This document shows, in pieces, positions 9,954 through 20,034 of a stretch of 34,941 bases of DNA (its first letter is position 1; each line of letters starts with the position of its first letter). Location of the stretch: positions 1 to 34,941 of the forward strand of contig JAHPZJ010000007.1 of assembly GCA_019058245.1 (NCBI GenBank). Reading direction: 5' to 3'. The translations under genes were made by a program, and so were the position numbers. The notes under the pieces were generated by a model, which was not told where the DNA came from, ran no database searches, and saw nothing but the letters and a program-made list of their open reading frames with translations. Source of the stretch: Promethearchaeota archaeon. Lineage in GTDB: Archaea; Asgardarchaeota; Lokiarchaeia; Sigyniarchaeales; SOKP01.

Positions 9954-11258
9954 TTAGGGTTTAATCTGCGGATCTTTCAATGAAGGAATTATTTGAGGAC
10001 CATTTGGCAATATTAGTATAGAGGCATTATTACCATATTTTTTTAAACACTCTGCAATAGCATCTTCAACAGTTTTAGCATATTTCAATCCAATATTGCC
10101 AATTTCAGCTTCATTTAAACTTGAAATCACATATATATCTACTTTCATAAGAATTCTAGCTAGAATTTGGATTTCCCATTGATCTGGAACAATTAATTTT
10201 TTATCTAAAATTTTTTTATATAATTCATCAGGTTTAAGCCCAGAAAAAATCAAATCCTTAAATTCATTTTGTCCAATCCCTACTCCATCAGCACATTCAT
10301 TGACAGAAATAATCGTTCCTCCTTTTTTTATGACCAATTCCCCAATAGCCATACTCTTTACAGCTTGATACAAATTAAGATCGAGGGGATATCCACCATT
10401 TCCACATATAACAATATCATATGGATTATGTATTTCTCGGAAAATATGTTTTATCTGATAATCTACAAGTTTTTCATGAGCTTTTTCGAAATCCCCAGAA
10501 GCTACTTGTACAATCTCATGTTTTTCATTTATACAGACATTTACAATGAAATCTACTCCAATCATTTTAGACAGTTCTATTGAATTTTTATGTAATGGAT
10601 TATCCTCATAAATTCCAAAACGAGCAAAGGGGGAGGCAATATTTTTTGCAGAGTGATTAAATTGAATAGTATCTGCTCCCGCTATCCCTGGAACTATCGA
10701 TTTACGGCCTCCAGCGAACCCAAAAAAGAAATGAGGCTCAACATATCCAGTTAAAATCTTCACATCTGCTTTATAATATAGTTTATTTACTAAAATTAGA
10801 GAATTATCTTTAGTAGTTCCTAAATTGATCAAAGAGTTTTCATCAGTGGCCACATGATCAATAACATTAATTCTATTTATTAGATTCTGTCCCAAAATTC
10901 GATTCAATTCTTCTTCACGAGAAGTACGATGTAACCCTGTAGCAATTAATATCGTGATTATATCATCATTAATCCCATAGACGTTTAATTCTGCAATCAA
11001 TGCATCTAGAATTAAATGCGAAGGAACAGGTCGAGTTGCATCACTAGCAACAATGCATACGGAGTTTATTTTACTTTTCTTTTTTAGTATTTCTTTAAGA
11101 GTTCTACAACCTATCGGATTTTTAATTGATTCCTTAATTTTTTCAATGGGATTTTCAATAGGCTTTTGTTCTTTAGGTTTGAAGATAGATACATTCCATT
11201 TTGGATCAATATTTATATCAAGACCTAATTTTCCATAATCAAATTTCATGACTTTCAA
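9954..11258 (-). CDS. larA: Nickel-pincer-dependent lactate racemase / 2-hydroxyacid racemase (LarA family)
   Basis: SDATRP, IATGLHR, DH, PHFFFGFAGGRKSIVPG, NHS, GYPLDLNLYQAVK. Start is TTG 11258 (overlapping the upstream TGA) or ATG 11249. Confidence 0.93.
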   Translation of the reverse strand: MKVMKFDYGKLGLDINIDPKWNVSIFKPKEQKPIENPIEKIKESIKNPIGCRTLKEILKKKSKINSVCIVASDATRPVPSHLILDALIAELNVYGINDDIITILIATGLHRTSREEELNRILGQNLINRINVIDHVATDENSLINLGTTKDNSLILVNKLYYKADVKILTGYVEPHFFFGFAGGRKSIVPGIAGADTIQFNHSAKNIASPFARFGIYEDNPLHKNSIELSKMIGVDFIVNVCINEKHEIVQVASGDFEKAHEKLVDYQIKHIFREIHNPYDIVICGNGGYPLDLNLYQAVKSMAIGELVIKKGGTIISVNECADGVGIGQNEFKDLIFSGLKPDELYKKILDKKLIVPDQWEIQILARILMKVDIYVISSLNEAEIGNIGLKYAKTVEDAIAECLKKYGNNASILILPNGPQIIPSLKDPQIKP

Positions 11259-12991
11259 GTATTTTTATGAATTATTTCACGTGCTTTTTCAAAAATCTCG
11301 ATTGTGTTCACTCCAGCAGGACATTTTATTTGACAGAGACCACATAATGTACATGTATGTAAAACTTTCATGATTAAATCATTTAATTTTAAATCCCCAT
11401 ATACCAAACCATTTAAAAGGCTTAAGCGTCCTCTTGGACTGTATGTCTCTATTTGATATTCAATTCTAGAAGGACATGAGATACAAAACCCACATCTCAT
11501 GCATTTTAATTCTAGGAATTTACCCTTTTGTTTTTTTAAGGTACGTGTCGGTTTTTTTTTAATTAATGCCCGTGTATCGCCCTTTCCAATTCCAGGATTC
11601 AAAATCATATTTGGATCAAAAAGTTTTTTGATTTGCGCCATTAATTCAATTACATGTTCATCATGCTCGAGTTTTAGATAGGGTGTTTTAATTTTTCCAA
11701 TTCCATGTTCACCAGTTATAGTTCCCCCTACGGGTATTATAATTTCTCTATATAAATAGTCTATTGCTTTTTCAAAATCCTTAACATCTTCTTCATTATT
11801 CTCATTAAATAGAAAGGTTGGATGCAAATTTCCTTCCATATGGCAAATAATACCGACTAATAAATTCTTAGCATTGATTTTTTTAGGGATTTCCTCAATT
11901 TTTTTAATAACATCAGAAAATTGAGAAATTTGAATGGTACAGTCTTCAACACTTGTATTTGGACGAATTCTTGAAAGAGCTGGGAGGTTAGCTTTCCTTG
12001 CAAGAATTAGCCTTTCTCTTTCCTCTTGGTTCATAGCTACTCTGTTAAATATAGGTTTTTTTTTTATAATAATATCAAACATCGATGCAAATTCATCATC
12101 TACTTCCCTTGCAGAATTTCCATCCACTTCAGCTAATAAGATATATCCATCTGGAAATTCTAAGAACTCTCCACCCAGATATTCAGAAACAGCTTTTAAA
12201 ACCACCTTATCCATGAATTCTAGTAAGTTAGGTACAATTCCACTTCTCCTTATTTCTATAACAGCATCTTTCAAATTATTAATATCATTAAAAATGAATA
12301 CTCCTAATTTTCTTTTCTTTGGCAGAGGTCTAATTCTTAATCCGATTTTAGTAATAACGCCTAATGTGCCTTCAGAACCAATGAATAAGTCTTTTATATT
12401 ATAAGAAGATACTGATTTTAATACTTTTGACCCTAAATTAATAATTTTCCCATGTGGTAAGATTACTTCCATATACATGACATAATTTTTTGTAACTCCA
12501 TATTTGAATGCCTGAATTCCCCCAGCATTAGTCGCAACCATTCCGCCTATAGTAGCAACGGAACTTGAACCTGGATCTGGAGGAAAAAAATATCCAAATG
12601 GTTTTAAAGTATCATTTAATTCATCACAAATTACTCCTGGTTCAACCTCAACATAATTATTTTCAATATTTATTTTAATTATCTTGTTCATCTGGCTTAA
12701 ATCTAATATTATCCCCCCATATGGACTCAATGGGCCAGATGATAAACTTGTCCCGCTCCCTCGAGGAGTAACTGGAATTTTATTTAAATTTGATAATTTT
12801 ATTATTTCAGCAATTTGAGAAGTATTTTGTGGAATTAAAATTAAATCTGGAATCCAATCCTTATTAAAAATTGATCCTCCAAAAGCATATGTCCATCTAA
12901 CTTCAAAATTGTTAAAAAAAAATTTTTCTCCAATGATTTTTTTTAATCTATTTGATAGAGTTTGCGAAATTCTATTATATTTTATATCCAT
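11255..12991 (-). CDS. FAD-linked 2-hydroxyacid (D-lactate/glycolate-type) dehydrogenase with C-terminal 2x[4Fe-4S] domain
   Basis: PRGSGTSLS, FPPDPGS..ATIGGMVATNAGG..KYG, GSEGTLGVIT, HMEGNLHP, GEHGIG, FDPNMILNPG; tail has CMRCGFCISCP and CTLCGLCQIKCP. Confidence 0.92.
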   Translation of the reverse strand: MDIKYNRISQTLSNRLKKIIGEKFFFNNFEVRWTYAFGGSIFNKDWIPDLILIPQNTSQIAEIIKLSNLNKIPVTPRGSGTSLSSGPLSPYGGIILDLSQMNKIIKINIENNYVEVEPGVICDELNDTLKPFGYFFPPDPGSSSVATIGGMVATNAGGIQAFKYGVTKNYVMYMEVILPHGKIINLGSKVLKSVSSYNIKDLFIGSEGTLGVITKIGLRIRPLPKKRKLGVFIFNDINNLKDAVIEIRRSGIVPNLLEFMDKVVLKAVSEYLGGEFLEFPDGYILLAEVDGNSAREVDDEFASMFDIIIKKKPIFNRVAMNQEERERLILARKANLPALSRIRPNTSVEDCTIQISQFSDVIKKIEEIPKKINAKNLLVGIICHMEGNLHPTFLFNENNEEDVKDFEKAIDYLYREIIIPVGGTITGEHGIGKIKTPYLKLEHDEHVIELMAQIKKLFDPNMILNPGIGKGDTRALIKKKPTRTLKKQKGKFLELKCMRCGFCISCPSRIEYQIETYSPRGRLSLLNGLVYGDLKLNDLIMKVLHTCTLCGLCQIKCPAGVNTIEIFEKAREIIHKNT

Positions 12992-13155
12992 ATTCCAAAA
13001 ATCGGAGTTGAGGTCTTATAATATTTAGTTGAACGCTTTTAGATATATTTTATTCTTTTAAAAAAAATAATAAGAATTCTATTTTATCAAACTTTAAATA
13101 AGTGTAGTTTATTATTATATAGACAAAAATTTCATATCGTGAATAGGAAGGTAAT

Positions 13156-13545
13156 ATGGGAAAGATTCTTAGAGATATATGGATTTTACATGAACATGGT
13201 ATAGCAGTATTTAGTCGAGTAATTGATCCAAATATTGCACCACAATTAGTTGGTGGTTTATTTTCAGCATTATTTAAATTTGCAGAAACTCTTTCTCATG
13301 GTGGAATTTCAAATTTTGAATTGAATAGTATTCGTTTTACGATTGAGAAGATAAATCATTTTATTTTCGTTACAGACTCATCCAAAAACGTTAAACCTAA
13401 ACGAGTTATGAATGAATTAAAAAAGATTACCAAAAAATTCTTTGAGCTATATCCTGAAATAGCTATAGAGAATTGGAATAATGACATAAATATATTTAAG
13501 AATTTTGAAGAAAAAATTATTGATTCATTGGTAGAATCAGTTTAA
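13156..13545 (+). CDS. Stand-alone longin-like domain protein
   Basis: Pattern IWIL..HGIAVFSR...QLVGGLFSAL..FAE.L....I..FEL...RF...FIFV...L..I..KF.ELY.....W..DI..F..F matches the longin/sedlin-like beta-beta-alpha-beta3-alpha-alpha layout common in Asgard archaea; SD GGAAGGT upstream. Confidence 0.75.
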   Translation: MGKILRDIWILHEHGIAVFSRVIDPNIAPQLVGGLFSALFKFAETLSHGGISNFELNSIRFTIEKINHFIFVTDSSKNVKPKRVMNELKKITKKFFELYPEIAIENWNNDINIFKNFEEKIIDSLVESV

Positions 13546-13686
13546 AATAGGTCAAAATCTTTAAAGTATTAATTTTTCTAGCACACTTATACATTATTAT
13601 TTAAAATTTATAATAGAAAAAAATTTAAGATTAAGTTGTTTTTATAATAATGAAAAGGAAATTTATTAAGATATTTAAAGGAAAAA

Positions 13687-14013
13687 TTGATGAAACCAAC
13701 TGAAAAGAAGAACACAATCAATAACGATAATAATGAGGAAATTCCACTAATAAATAAACTGCCTTTAGGCGCATCGAATAACTTAGGTAATATAATTAAA
13801 AATCTATCAAAACCACGTTTCTTAGGATCATTTCATATGCAAAAAGATACAAGTTATAATTCTAACCTAGTAGAAAACCTAGTAGAAAGTGAATTAAAAT
13901 CAAAAATAACACATTCAATAAAAAACTCATTAATTAATCCAGTTACAAAAATTTTAATAATATCAGCAATCATCTTTAATCTTCTATGGATATTGTATAT
14001 TTATATTCTTTAA
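13687..14013 (+). CDS. Hypothetical tail-anchored membrane protein
   Basis: Low-complexity N/K/S-rich body with a single hydrophobic helix at the extreme C-terminus (ILIISAIIFNLLWILYIYIL*). Confidence 0.65.
   Translation: MMKPTEKKNTINNDNNEEIPLINKLPLGASNNLGNIIKNLSKPRFLGSFHMQKDTSYNSNLVENLVESELKSKITHSIKNSLINPVTKILIISAIIFNLLWILYIYIL
13864..13887 (+). repeat. In-frame 12-bp tandem duplication AACCTAGTAGAA x2 (NLVE-NLVE)
   Basis: Exact direct repeat read from the sequence. Confidence 0.85.
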
Positions 14014-14192
14014 TCCTTTAATTTGAAGTTAATAAAGATCCAGAAAAACCTAAAAATGATACTATTTTTTAAAAACTATAATAAATTTCTATTTACTAAA
14101 TTTAATAGAATTTTATAATCTTCGAGTCTCGAATTTATTATCAATGACTAATGTTTTCAATGAAACTGATTTTATAGAAAGGTGATGTAAAA

Positions 14193-15665
14193 TTGATTTA
14201 CGACGTTATCATTATTGGAGGTGGTGTTACTGGTTGTTGTATAGCTCGTACACTTTCAAAATATGATTTAAATATTTGCTTATTAGAGAAGGAAACAGAT
14301 ATCGCTTCTGGAACAAGCAAAGCTAATTCTGGTGTTATTCACGCGGGCTATGCATCTCCTAGAGATTATATTAAACGACAATTAGCTATTAGAGGAAATA
14401 AATTATATACTCAAGCAGCAGAGGAACTAAATTTCCCTTTTAAAAGAATTGGTTCGTTTGTCGTAGCTTTGGAGGATAATCAGATTAAGCAACTGGAAGA
14501 GGAAAGAAAAAAGGGGATTGAGGATGGGATTCCAGGATTAGAGGTCATTTTAAATAAAGAAAAAATAAAAAAAATGGAACCAAGACTAACTGATGAGGTT
14601 GTTGGTGTGTTGCATGCACCTACTGGTGGCCTTGCTAGTCCTTATGAATTAACCTTTGCCTTAGCAGAAAATGCTTCTATGAATGGAGTCAAATTTTTTA
14701 GAAATCGTAGAGTTGTCAAAATTACTCATCAAGAATATGTTTTTACTGTACGAACGCTTGCAGGAGAATTTAAGAGTCGAAATATTATCAATGCCGCAGG
14801 ATTGTATGCTGCCCAAATCTCTAGAATGTTAGGTTTAGATTATTTTAGCATAACACCAAGAAAAGGTGAATATATACTTTTTGACCGTAATGCAATTCAG
14901 CTAAATAAAATCTTATTCCCAATGCCCACAAAAATATCAAAAGGAATTTTAGTTTGCCCCACATTACATGGTAATACTTTTATTGGTCCAAATGCTCAAA
15001 ATATACCTGATCTTGAAGATATATCCACAACTACTTCAGGTTTAAAAGAAATCTTAGAAGGTGCCATGAAGTTAGTTCCCAGTCTTCCTGTAAGAAGCTC
15101 GATAAGAAATTTTGCTGGATTAAGAGCAGTCCCAGAGGCTTATGATTTTATCATAGATAATACTGATGTTTATGGATTTATTAATGTTGCTGGGATTTTA
15201 TCACCAGGATTAACAGCAACTTTTGCAATTGCAGAAAAAGTAGTCGAATTTCTTGAATTATTAGGTGAGAAATTAAAAGTGAAAGAGGATTATAATCCTA
15301 GTCGTCCTAAGCCAGAAAGATTTAAAGATTTTACCAAAGAAGAACTTGATAAAAAAATACAAGAAGATCCAACTTGGGGTAGAATCATATGTCGATGTGA
15401 AACCATTCCTGAAAAAGAAATTATAGATGCCATTCATGCCCCAGTTGGAGCTACGACAGTTGATGGAGTTAAATTTCGCTGTAGACCGGGAATGGGTAGA
15501 TGTCAAGGTGGGTTCTGCCGTCCTAGGGTTATTGAAATCTTGTCAAGGGAACTAAAGAAATCATATGAAGAAATTACTAAAAGGGGAGAGGATACCAACA
15601 TTTTAATTGGAAAAACTAAGGACTTTCTATTAAATCAAAAAAGGGAGGGATCTCGGGGAAAATGA
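14193..15665 (+). CDS. GlpA-like FAD-dependent oxidoreductase (glycerol-3-phosphate dehydrogenase-like) with BFD-like [2Fe-2S] domain
   Basis: GGGVTG, GTSKANSGVIHAG, PRKGEY, FAGLRA, GILSPGLTA; C-terminal ICRCE...GMGRCQGGFC. TTG start with GGTGA SD. Confidence 0.9.
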   Translation: MIYDVIIIGGGVTGCCIARTLSKYDLNICLLEKETDIASGTSKANSGVIHAGYASPRDYIKRQLAIRGNKLYTQAAEELNFPFKRIGSFVVALEDNQIKQLEEERKKGIEDGIPGLEVILNKEKIKKMEPRLTDEVVGVLHAPTGGLASPYELTFALAENASMNGVKFFRNRRVVKITHQEYVFTVRTLAGEFKSRNIINAAGLYAAQISRMLGLDYFSITPRKGEYILFDRNAIQLNKILFPMPTKISKGILVCPTLHGNTFIGPNAQNIPDLEDISTTTSGLKEILEGAMKLVPSLPVRSSIRNFAGLRAVPEAYDFIIDNTDVYGFINVAGILSPGLTATFAIAEKVVEFLELLGEKLKVKEDYNPSRPKPERFKDFTKEELDKKIQEDPTWGRIICRCETIPEKEIIDAIHAPVGATTVDGVKFRCRPGMGRCQGGFCRPRVIEILSRELKKSYEEITKRGEDTNILIGKTKDFLLNQKREGSRGK

Positions 15666-16960
15666 AAAAATATGAAGTGGATGTTGTTGTAATAGGTGGT
15701 GGATCGGCAGGATTAGCTGCTGCTATAGTTGTTAAAAAGGCAGATTTGAATGTTTTAATAATAGAGAGAGATAAAGAATTAGGAGGAATAACCCTCCAGT
15801 GCATTCATAATGGTTTTGGTCTTCATGAATTTGAAGAAGAATTAACTGGTCCTGAATATGTTCAAAAATTTATAAACGAAGCTCGAGACTTAAATATTCC
15901 ATATTTGTTAGATACTATGGTAATTGAATTTACACCAAATAAAACTGTATATGCAGTAAATAATAAAGAAGGTTTAATAGAAATTAATGCTAATGCTATC
16001 ATTCTCGCCATGGGATGTAGAGAAAGAACTAGAGGTGCGATTAATATACCTGGTTTTCGACCATCTGGTATATTTACTGCTGGACAAGCCCAAAGATTTG
16101 TTAATATTGAGGGATATTTACCAGGTAGAACCTTTGTTATATTAGGAAGTGGGGATATTGGTATGATTATGGCACGTCGCCTAACATGGGAAGGATGTGA
16201 AGTTAAAGCTGTCGTAGAAATTCAACCTTATGTGAGTGGATTAATAAGAAATCAAGTCCAGTGTCTTGAAGACTATGGAATTCCCTTGATTACTGGTTAT
16301 ACAATTACAAAGATTCATGGAAAAGATCGTATAAAAGGGGTGACAATAAGTAAAGTAGATCATAACTTCGATAGAATCATTGGTTCTGATAAATTTTTTG
16401 AATGTGATACTTTATTATTATCTGTTGGGTTAATTCCAGAAAACGAGTTAACTAGAGAATCTGGGGCAGAAATTTCACAAATGGGAGGTCCTGTCGTAGA
16501 TAATAATCTAGAAACAACAATAGATGGTGTTTTCGCTTGTGGGAATGTTTTGCAAGTTCATGATTTAGTGGATTTAGTTACAGCAGAAGCAAAACGAGCT
16601 GGTTTAAATGCCACTGAATATATTAAAGAAAGATATGGTAAAGAAATAGGGAAAAAGTTACGTATTAAATGCGAAGCAGGTGAGAATGTTAATTATATAA
16701 AACCCGATTTAATAAATAAAACCGATTTATTAAATGACATAATTTTCACCTTCCGAGTAAAAGTACCAGAAAGAAGAATTTTAATTCAGATCAGAGATAA
16801 TAAAAATAAAGTAATCTATAAGAAAAAGAGACGATATGTTATACCCAGTGAAATGATTGAATTAAAATTAAATTTAAACAAATTAAATATAGATTCTGAT
16901 TCCACTAATTTAGTGGTTGAAGTAATACCTCGACCAGAGGTATTGATCGAGAAGGATTAA
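15662..16960 (+). CDS. FAD/NAD(P)-dependent pyridine nucleotide-disulfide oxidoreductase (GlpA partner subunit)
   Basis: GGGSAG, GGITLQCIHNGFG, LTGPEY, AMGCRER, GSGDIG, GNVLQVHDLVD; ATGA overlap with the upstream gene. Confidence 0.92.
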   Translation: MKKYEVDVVVIGGGSAGLAAAIVVKKADLNVLIIERDKELGGITLQCIHNGFGLHEFEEELTGPEYVQKFINEARDLNIPYLLDTMVIEFTPNKTVYAVNNKEGLIEINANAIILAMGCRERTRGAINIPGFRPSGIFTAGQAQRFVNIEGYLPGRTFVILGSGDIGMIMARRLTWEGCEVKAVVEIQPYVSGLIRNQVQCLEDYGIPLITGYTITKIHGKDRIKGVTISKVDHNFDRIIGSDKFFECDTLLLSVGLIPENELTRESGAEISQMGGPVVDNNLETTIDGVFACGNVLQVHDLVDLVTAEAKRAGLNATEYIKERYGKEIGKKLRIKCEAGENVNYIKPDLINKTDLLNDIIFTFRVKVPERRILIQIRDNKNKVIYKKKRRYVIPSEMIELKLNLNKLNIDSDSTNLVVEVIPRPEVLIEKD

Positions 16961-16982
16961 TTAAAACTAGAGGTATTTAGAA

Positions 16983-17381
16983 ATGTCGACTATTAATAAT
17001 GAAAAAAATCTTCCTGAAGGATCTAAGGAAATTAGATGTATAGTTTGTCCTACTGGATGTCTTGTTCATGTGGAAAACGTTAATGGAGAATTAATCATAG
17101 AAGGTCACTCCTGTAAAAGAGGGGAAGAATATGCAAGGGAAGAATTCGTCGCTCCAAAAAGAATCCTTACGACAACAATGCGAGTTGAAAATGGATTTTT
17201 GCCATTAATACCAGTTCGATCTGATAAAGCAATTCCAAAAGAAAGATTAAAGGAGACTTTGAAACTCATAGCAAAGACTAAGCTTAAAGCTCCAATAAAA
17301 ATGGGAGATATACTATTAGAAAAAGTATTAGGCTTAGAAATCAATATTATTGCTAGTAGAGATTTGATTGAAGTCAGATAG
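16983..17381 (+). CDS. DUF1667-family small Fe-S protein
   Basis: CIVCPTGC...CKRGEEYA.EE..P.R.LTTT...PVRS...AP...GD; typical third gene of the GlpA trio. Confidence 0.88.
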   Translation: MSTINNEKNLPEGSKEIRCIVCPTGCLVHVENVNGELIIEGHSCKRGEEYAREEFVAPKRILTTTMRVENGFLPLIPVRSDKAIPKERLKETLKLIAKTKLKAPIKMGDILLEKVLGLEINIIASRDLIEVR

Positions 17382-17476
17382 TATTAGCTTTTTTATAAAA
17401 TCATGATATTTTTTATAAATATGTATCAATAACTTTAGATTTGAATTTTTATTCATTATATTAGTATAATAAAGAG

Positions 17477-18859
17477 ATGAATTATTTGAATAAAGATGAA
17501 ATTCTAACTCAATTAGAAAAAATATCTGGAAGAGATTTTGTATCTAATAAAACTGGAGATCTTTTTATCTATTCCCAAGATCCTGGAGCCTCTGAATCAC
17601 GCCCAGTTGATTTTGTAGTATTACCAAAAACTGTAGAAGAGATTCAAAAAATCGTAAAATTAGCAAATAGTGAAAAAATTCCTCTTATTCCTATGGGAGG
17701 GGGATTGACACTTAGTGGGCTAATAATTCCCGTAAGGGGTGGTATTGTATTAGATCTAAAGAGAATGAATCAGATACTTGAAATAAATGAATTAAACCGT
17801 TATGCTTTATTGGAACCAGGAGTAACTACTGGGATGCTCAAGGCATATTTAAGCGAAAATTACCCTGAATTACAGCCTCCTATTCCCGACGCACCACCCT
17901 CGGCTACTATTGCAGGAAATATGTTAATACACGGTTCAGGGTCGTTATCTCAAAAATATGGATGCCACTCCTCTATGATTAATGGTCTTGAAGTTGTATT
18001 ACCAACTGGAGAAATAGGCAAGTTTGGATCTTGTGCAGTTTCAGAATATTGGTTTTCAAAGGGACCTATTCCTGATTTAATTGGTCTATTTACAAGTGCT
18101 TTTGGAACAATGGGTATTATTACAAAAATATCTATTAAATTATTTCCACGACCAAAATTTAGAGATATGATTTTTGGTTTTACTAAAGGCTTCTCAGACT
18201 TGCCGAAACTCATGTCTAAAATAACTTTTACTGAATTAGCTGAAGATATTATGATCGCTAAAGGTGATGTCCCAGAAGCTTACAAAAATTTTGGAATGTT
18301 AATGGTTTATTTTGCTGGAAATTCCAAAGATGAAATGGAATTTAAGAGAAAAACGATAGAAAAGATTTTTAAAGATCATAAAGCTCAAGTTGTTCCACTA
18401 GTAGGAAAAGCTAGAGAGCGACTGATGGCAGAACCACAATACGGAGCAGCATTAGCAGCAGATTGGAGGAAAGGCGGTGGATTTGAATATGTTGGATCAT
18501 TTATTCCATTAGAAAAAATTCCAGAAGCTATTGAGAAAGGCACAACAATATCTAGAAAATATGGGCTTTTAACTTCTCTTCTCTTTAGGTTAATTGGTAG
18601 AGGCCATGCTGTAATGTTTTCTGTGACTTTCCCCTTTAATCGTTCAGATTCTAAAGATATGATAAATACAAGGAAAGGATTGGAGGATGCTGATAAAATG
18701 ATATTGGAAATAGGAGGAATCCCCTGGAAGGCAGAACTAACTGGTCAAAAATTAATACTGGAGAAAATGGATCCTAACTTTAAAAAATTATTTAACAATA
18801 TTCGAAATATATTTGATCCTAACGGGATTATGAATCCTGGGAATTGGGAGGTACAGTAA
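17477..18859 (+). CDS. FAD-binding oxidoreductase (VAO/GlcD superfamily, divergent cap domain)
   Basis: PMGGGLTLSG, LDLKRMN, EPGVT, PDAPPSATIAGN, GLEVVLPTGE, FDPNGIMNPG. Confidence 0.9.
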   Translation: MNYLNKDEILTQLEKISGRDFVSNKTGDLFIYSQDPGASESRPVDFVVLPKTVEEIQKIVKLANSEKIPLIPMGGGLTLSGLIIPVRGGIVLDLKRMNQILEINELNRYALLEPGVTTGMLKAYLSENYPELQPPIPDAPPSATIAGNMLIHGSGSLSQKYGCHSSMINGLEVVLPTGEIGKFGSCAVSEYWFSKGPIPDLIGLFTSAFGTMGIITKISIKLFPRPKFRDMIFGFTKGFSDLPKLMSKITFTELAEDIMIAKGDVPEAYKNFGMLMVYFAGNSKDEMEFKRKTIEKIFKDHKAQVVPLVGKARERLMAEPQYGAALAADWRKGGGFEYVGSFIPLEKIPEAIEKGTTISRKYGLLTSLLFRLIGRGHAVMFSVTFPFNRSDSKDMINTRKGLEDADKMILEIGGIPWKAELTGQKLILEKMDPNFKKLFNNIRNIFDPNGIMNPGNWEVQ

Positions 18860-18861
18860 AA

Positions 18862-20034
18862 ATGACATCTGAAGTTAGTCAGGATTGGAAAAGTATTGTA
18901 CATAGATGTTTTCGATGTGGCTATTGTAAATTCACTCATAGTTATTCTGATTTTAATTGCCCTAGTTATAAAGAATACAAATTTGAAACATACAGTACAG
19001 GAGGACGTATGTGGTTAATTTATGGATTAATCAATAATGATCTTAAATGGAGCCAGGATTTAGCAAACGTTCTATATGCATGTCCTACATGTGGTAATTG
19101 TACAGAAAATTGTAAATTTGAAAAATTTAAGGGTTTTCTTGTAGATATTATTGAAGCAGCGCGTGCGGAAGCATTTAACAATGGTTTTTGCCCAGAAAAT
19201 CAAAAATTTTTACTAGAACGTACCAGAAATTCAAATAATTATAATCCATATGGTGAGAAGAATTCAGATAATAGTGAATTAAAAAAGAAATATAATTTAC
19301 CAGAAAAGGCAGAATGGGTATACTATATCGGATGTACATCTAATTATCGTCAACAAGATCTTAGAGATGCTACTTTACGATTATTGAAAAAAGCTGGAAT
19401 TGATTTTACTCTTATAGATGAACATTGTTGTACAAGTCCCTTAATTAGAACTGGTCAAAATGAAATAGTCCCTGATTTTATAAATTATAATATAAATCAA
19501 ATTCGAAATGCCGGAGCATCTAAAGTAATAACTTCCTGTGCAGGATGTTATAGAACATTAAAAAAAGATTATGAAAAGTTTGGAGCAGATCTAGGATTTG
19601 AGGTGTTTCACACAGGTGAATTAATTAAGAAATTATTGAAAGAGGGAAAAATTAAAATTCTATCGAATTATGAGAATATTGTAACCTATCATGATCCTTG
19701 TCATTTAGGAAGACATATGGATATGTATGAAGTACCAAGAGATATAATTAAATCAATTCCAGGAATAAAATTTATTGAGATGAAACGGAATCGGGAAAAT
19801 GCTTGGTGTTGTGGTGCGGGAGGAGGGGTGAAAATAGGTTATCCAGATTGGTCCGTAGAAATATCAAAAGAACGCTTAGAAGAAGCCAAAGAAACCGGAG
19901 CAACAGTTCTTACATCAATGTGTCCATTTTGTAGAACTAATTTATCTGATGCGAATAAGAAATTTAATATGGGTTTTGAGATCATTGATTTAATTGAGTT
20001 AATAGATCAATTAGAAATAGAAGTTAATGACTAA
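18862..20034 (+). CDS. GlpC/GlcF/HdrD-like Fe-S protein with CCG domains
   Basis: CFRCGYC...CP, CPTCGNCTENC, GC, EHCC, SCAGC, YHDPCHLGR, CCGAGGG, CPFC. Start placed at ATG 18862, just after the upstream stop. Confidence 0.92.
   Translation: MTSEVSQDWKSIVHRCFRCGYCKFTHSYSDFNCPSYKEYKFETYSTGGRMWLIYGLINNDLKWSQDLANVLYACPTCGNCTENCKFEKFKGFLVDIIEAARAEAFNNGFCPENQKFLLERTRNSNNYNPYGEKNSDNSELKKKYNLPEKAEWVYYIGCTSNYRQQDLRDATLRLLKKAGIDFTLIDEHCCTSPLIRTGQNEIVPDFINYNINQIRNAGASKVITSCAGCYRTLKKDYEKFGADLGFEVFHTGELIKKLLKEGKIKILSNYENIVTYHDPCHLGRHMDMYEVPRDIIKSIPGIKFIEMKRNRENAWCCGAGGGVKIGYPDWSVEISKERLEEAKETGATVLTSMCPFCRTNLSDANKKFNMGFEIIDLIELIDQLEIEVND

Noticed and set aside
9954-20034. Selenocysteine/pyrrolysine readthrough in the redox genes
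   Set aside because: The ORFs are complete, with no in-frame TGA/TAG at Cys positions; no SECIS recognised.
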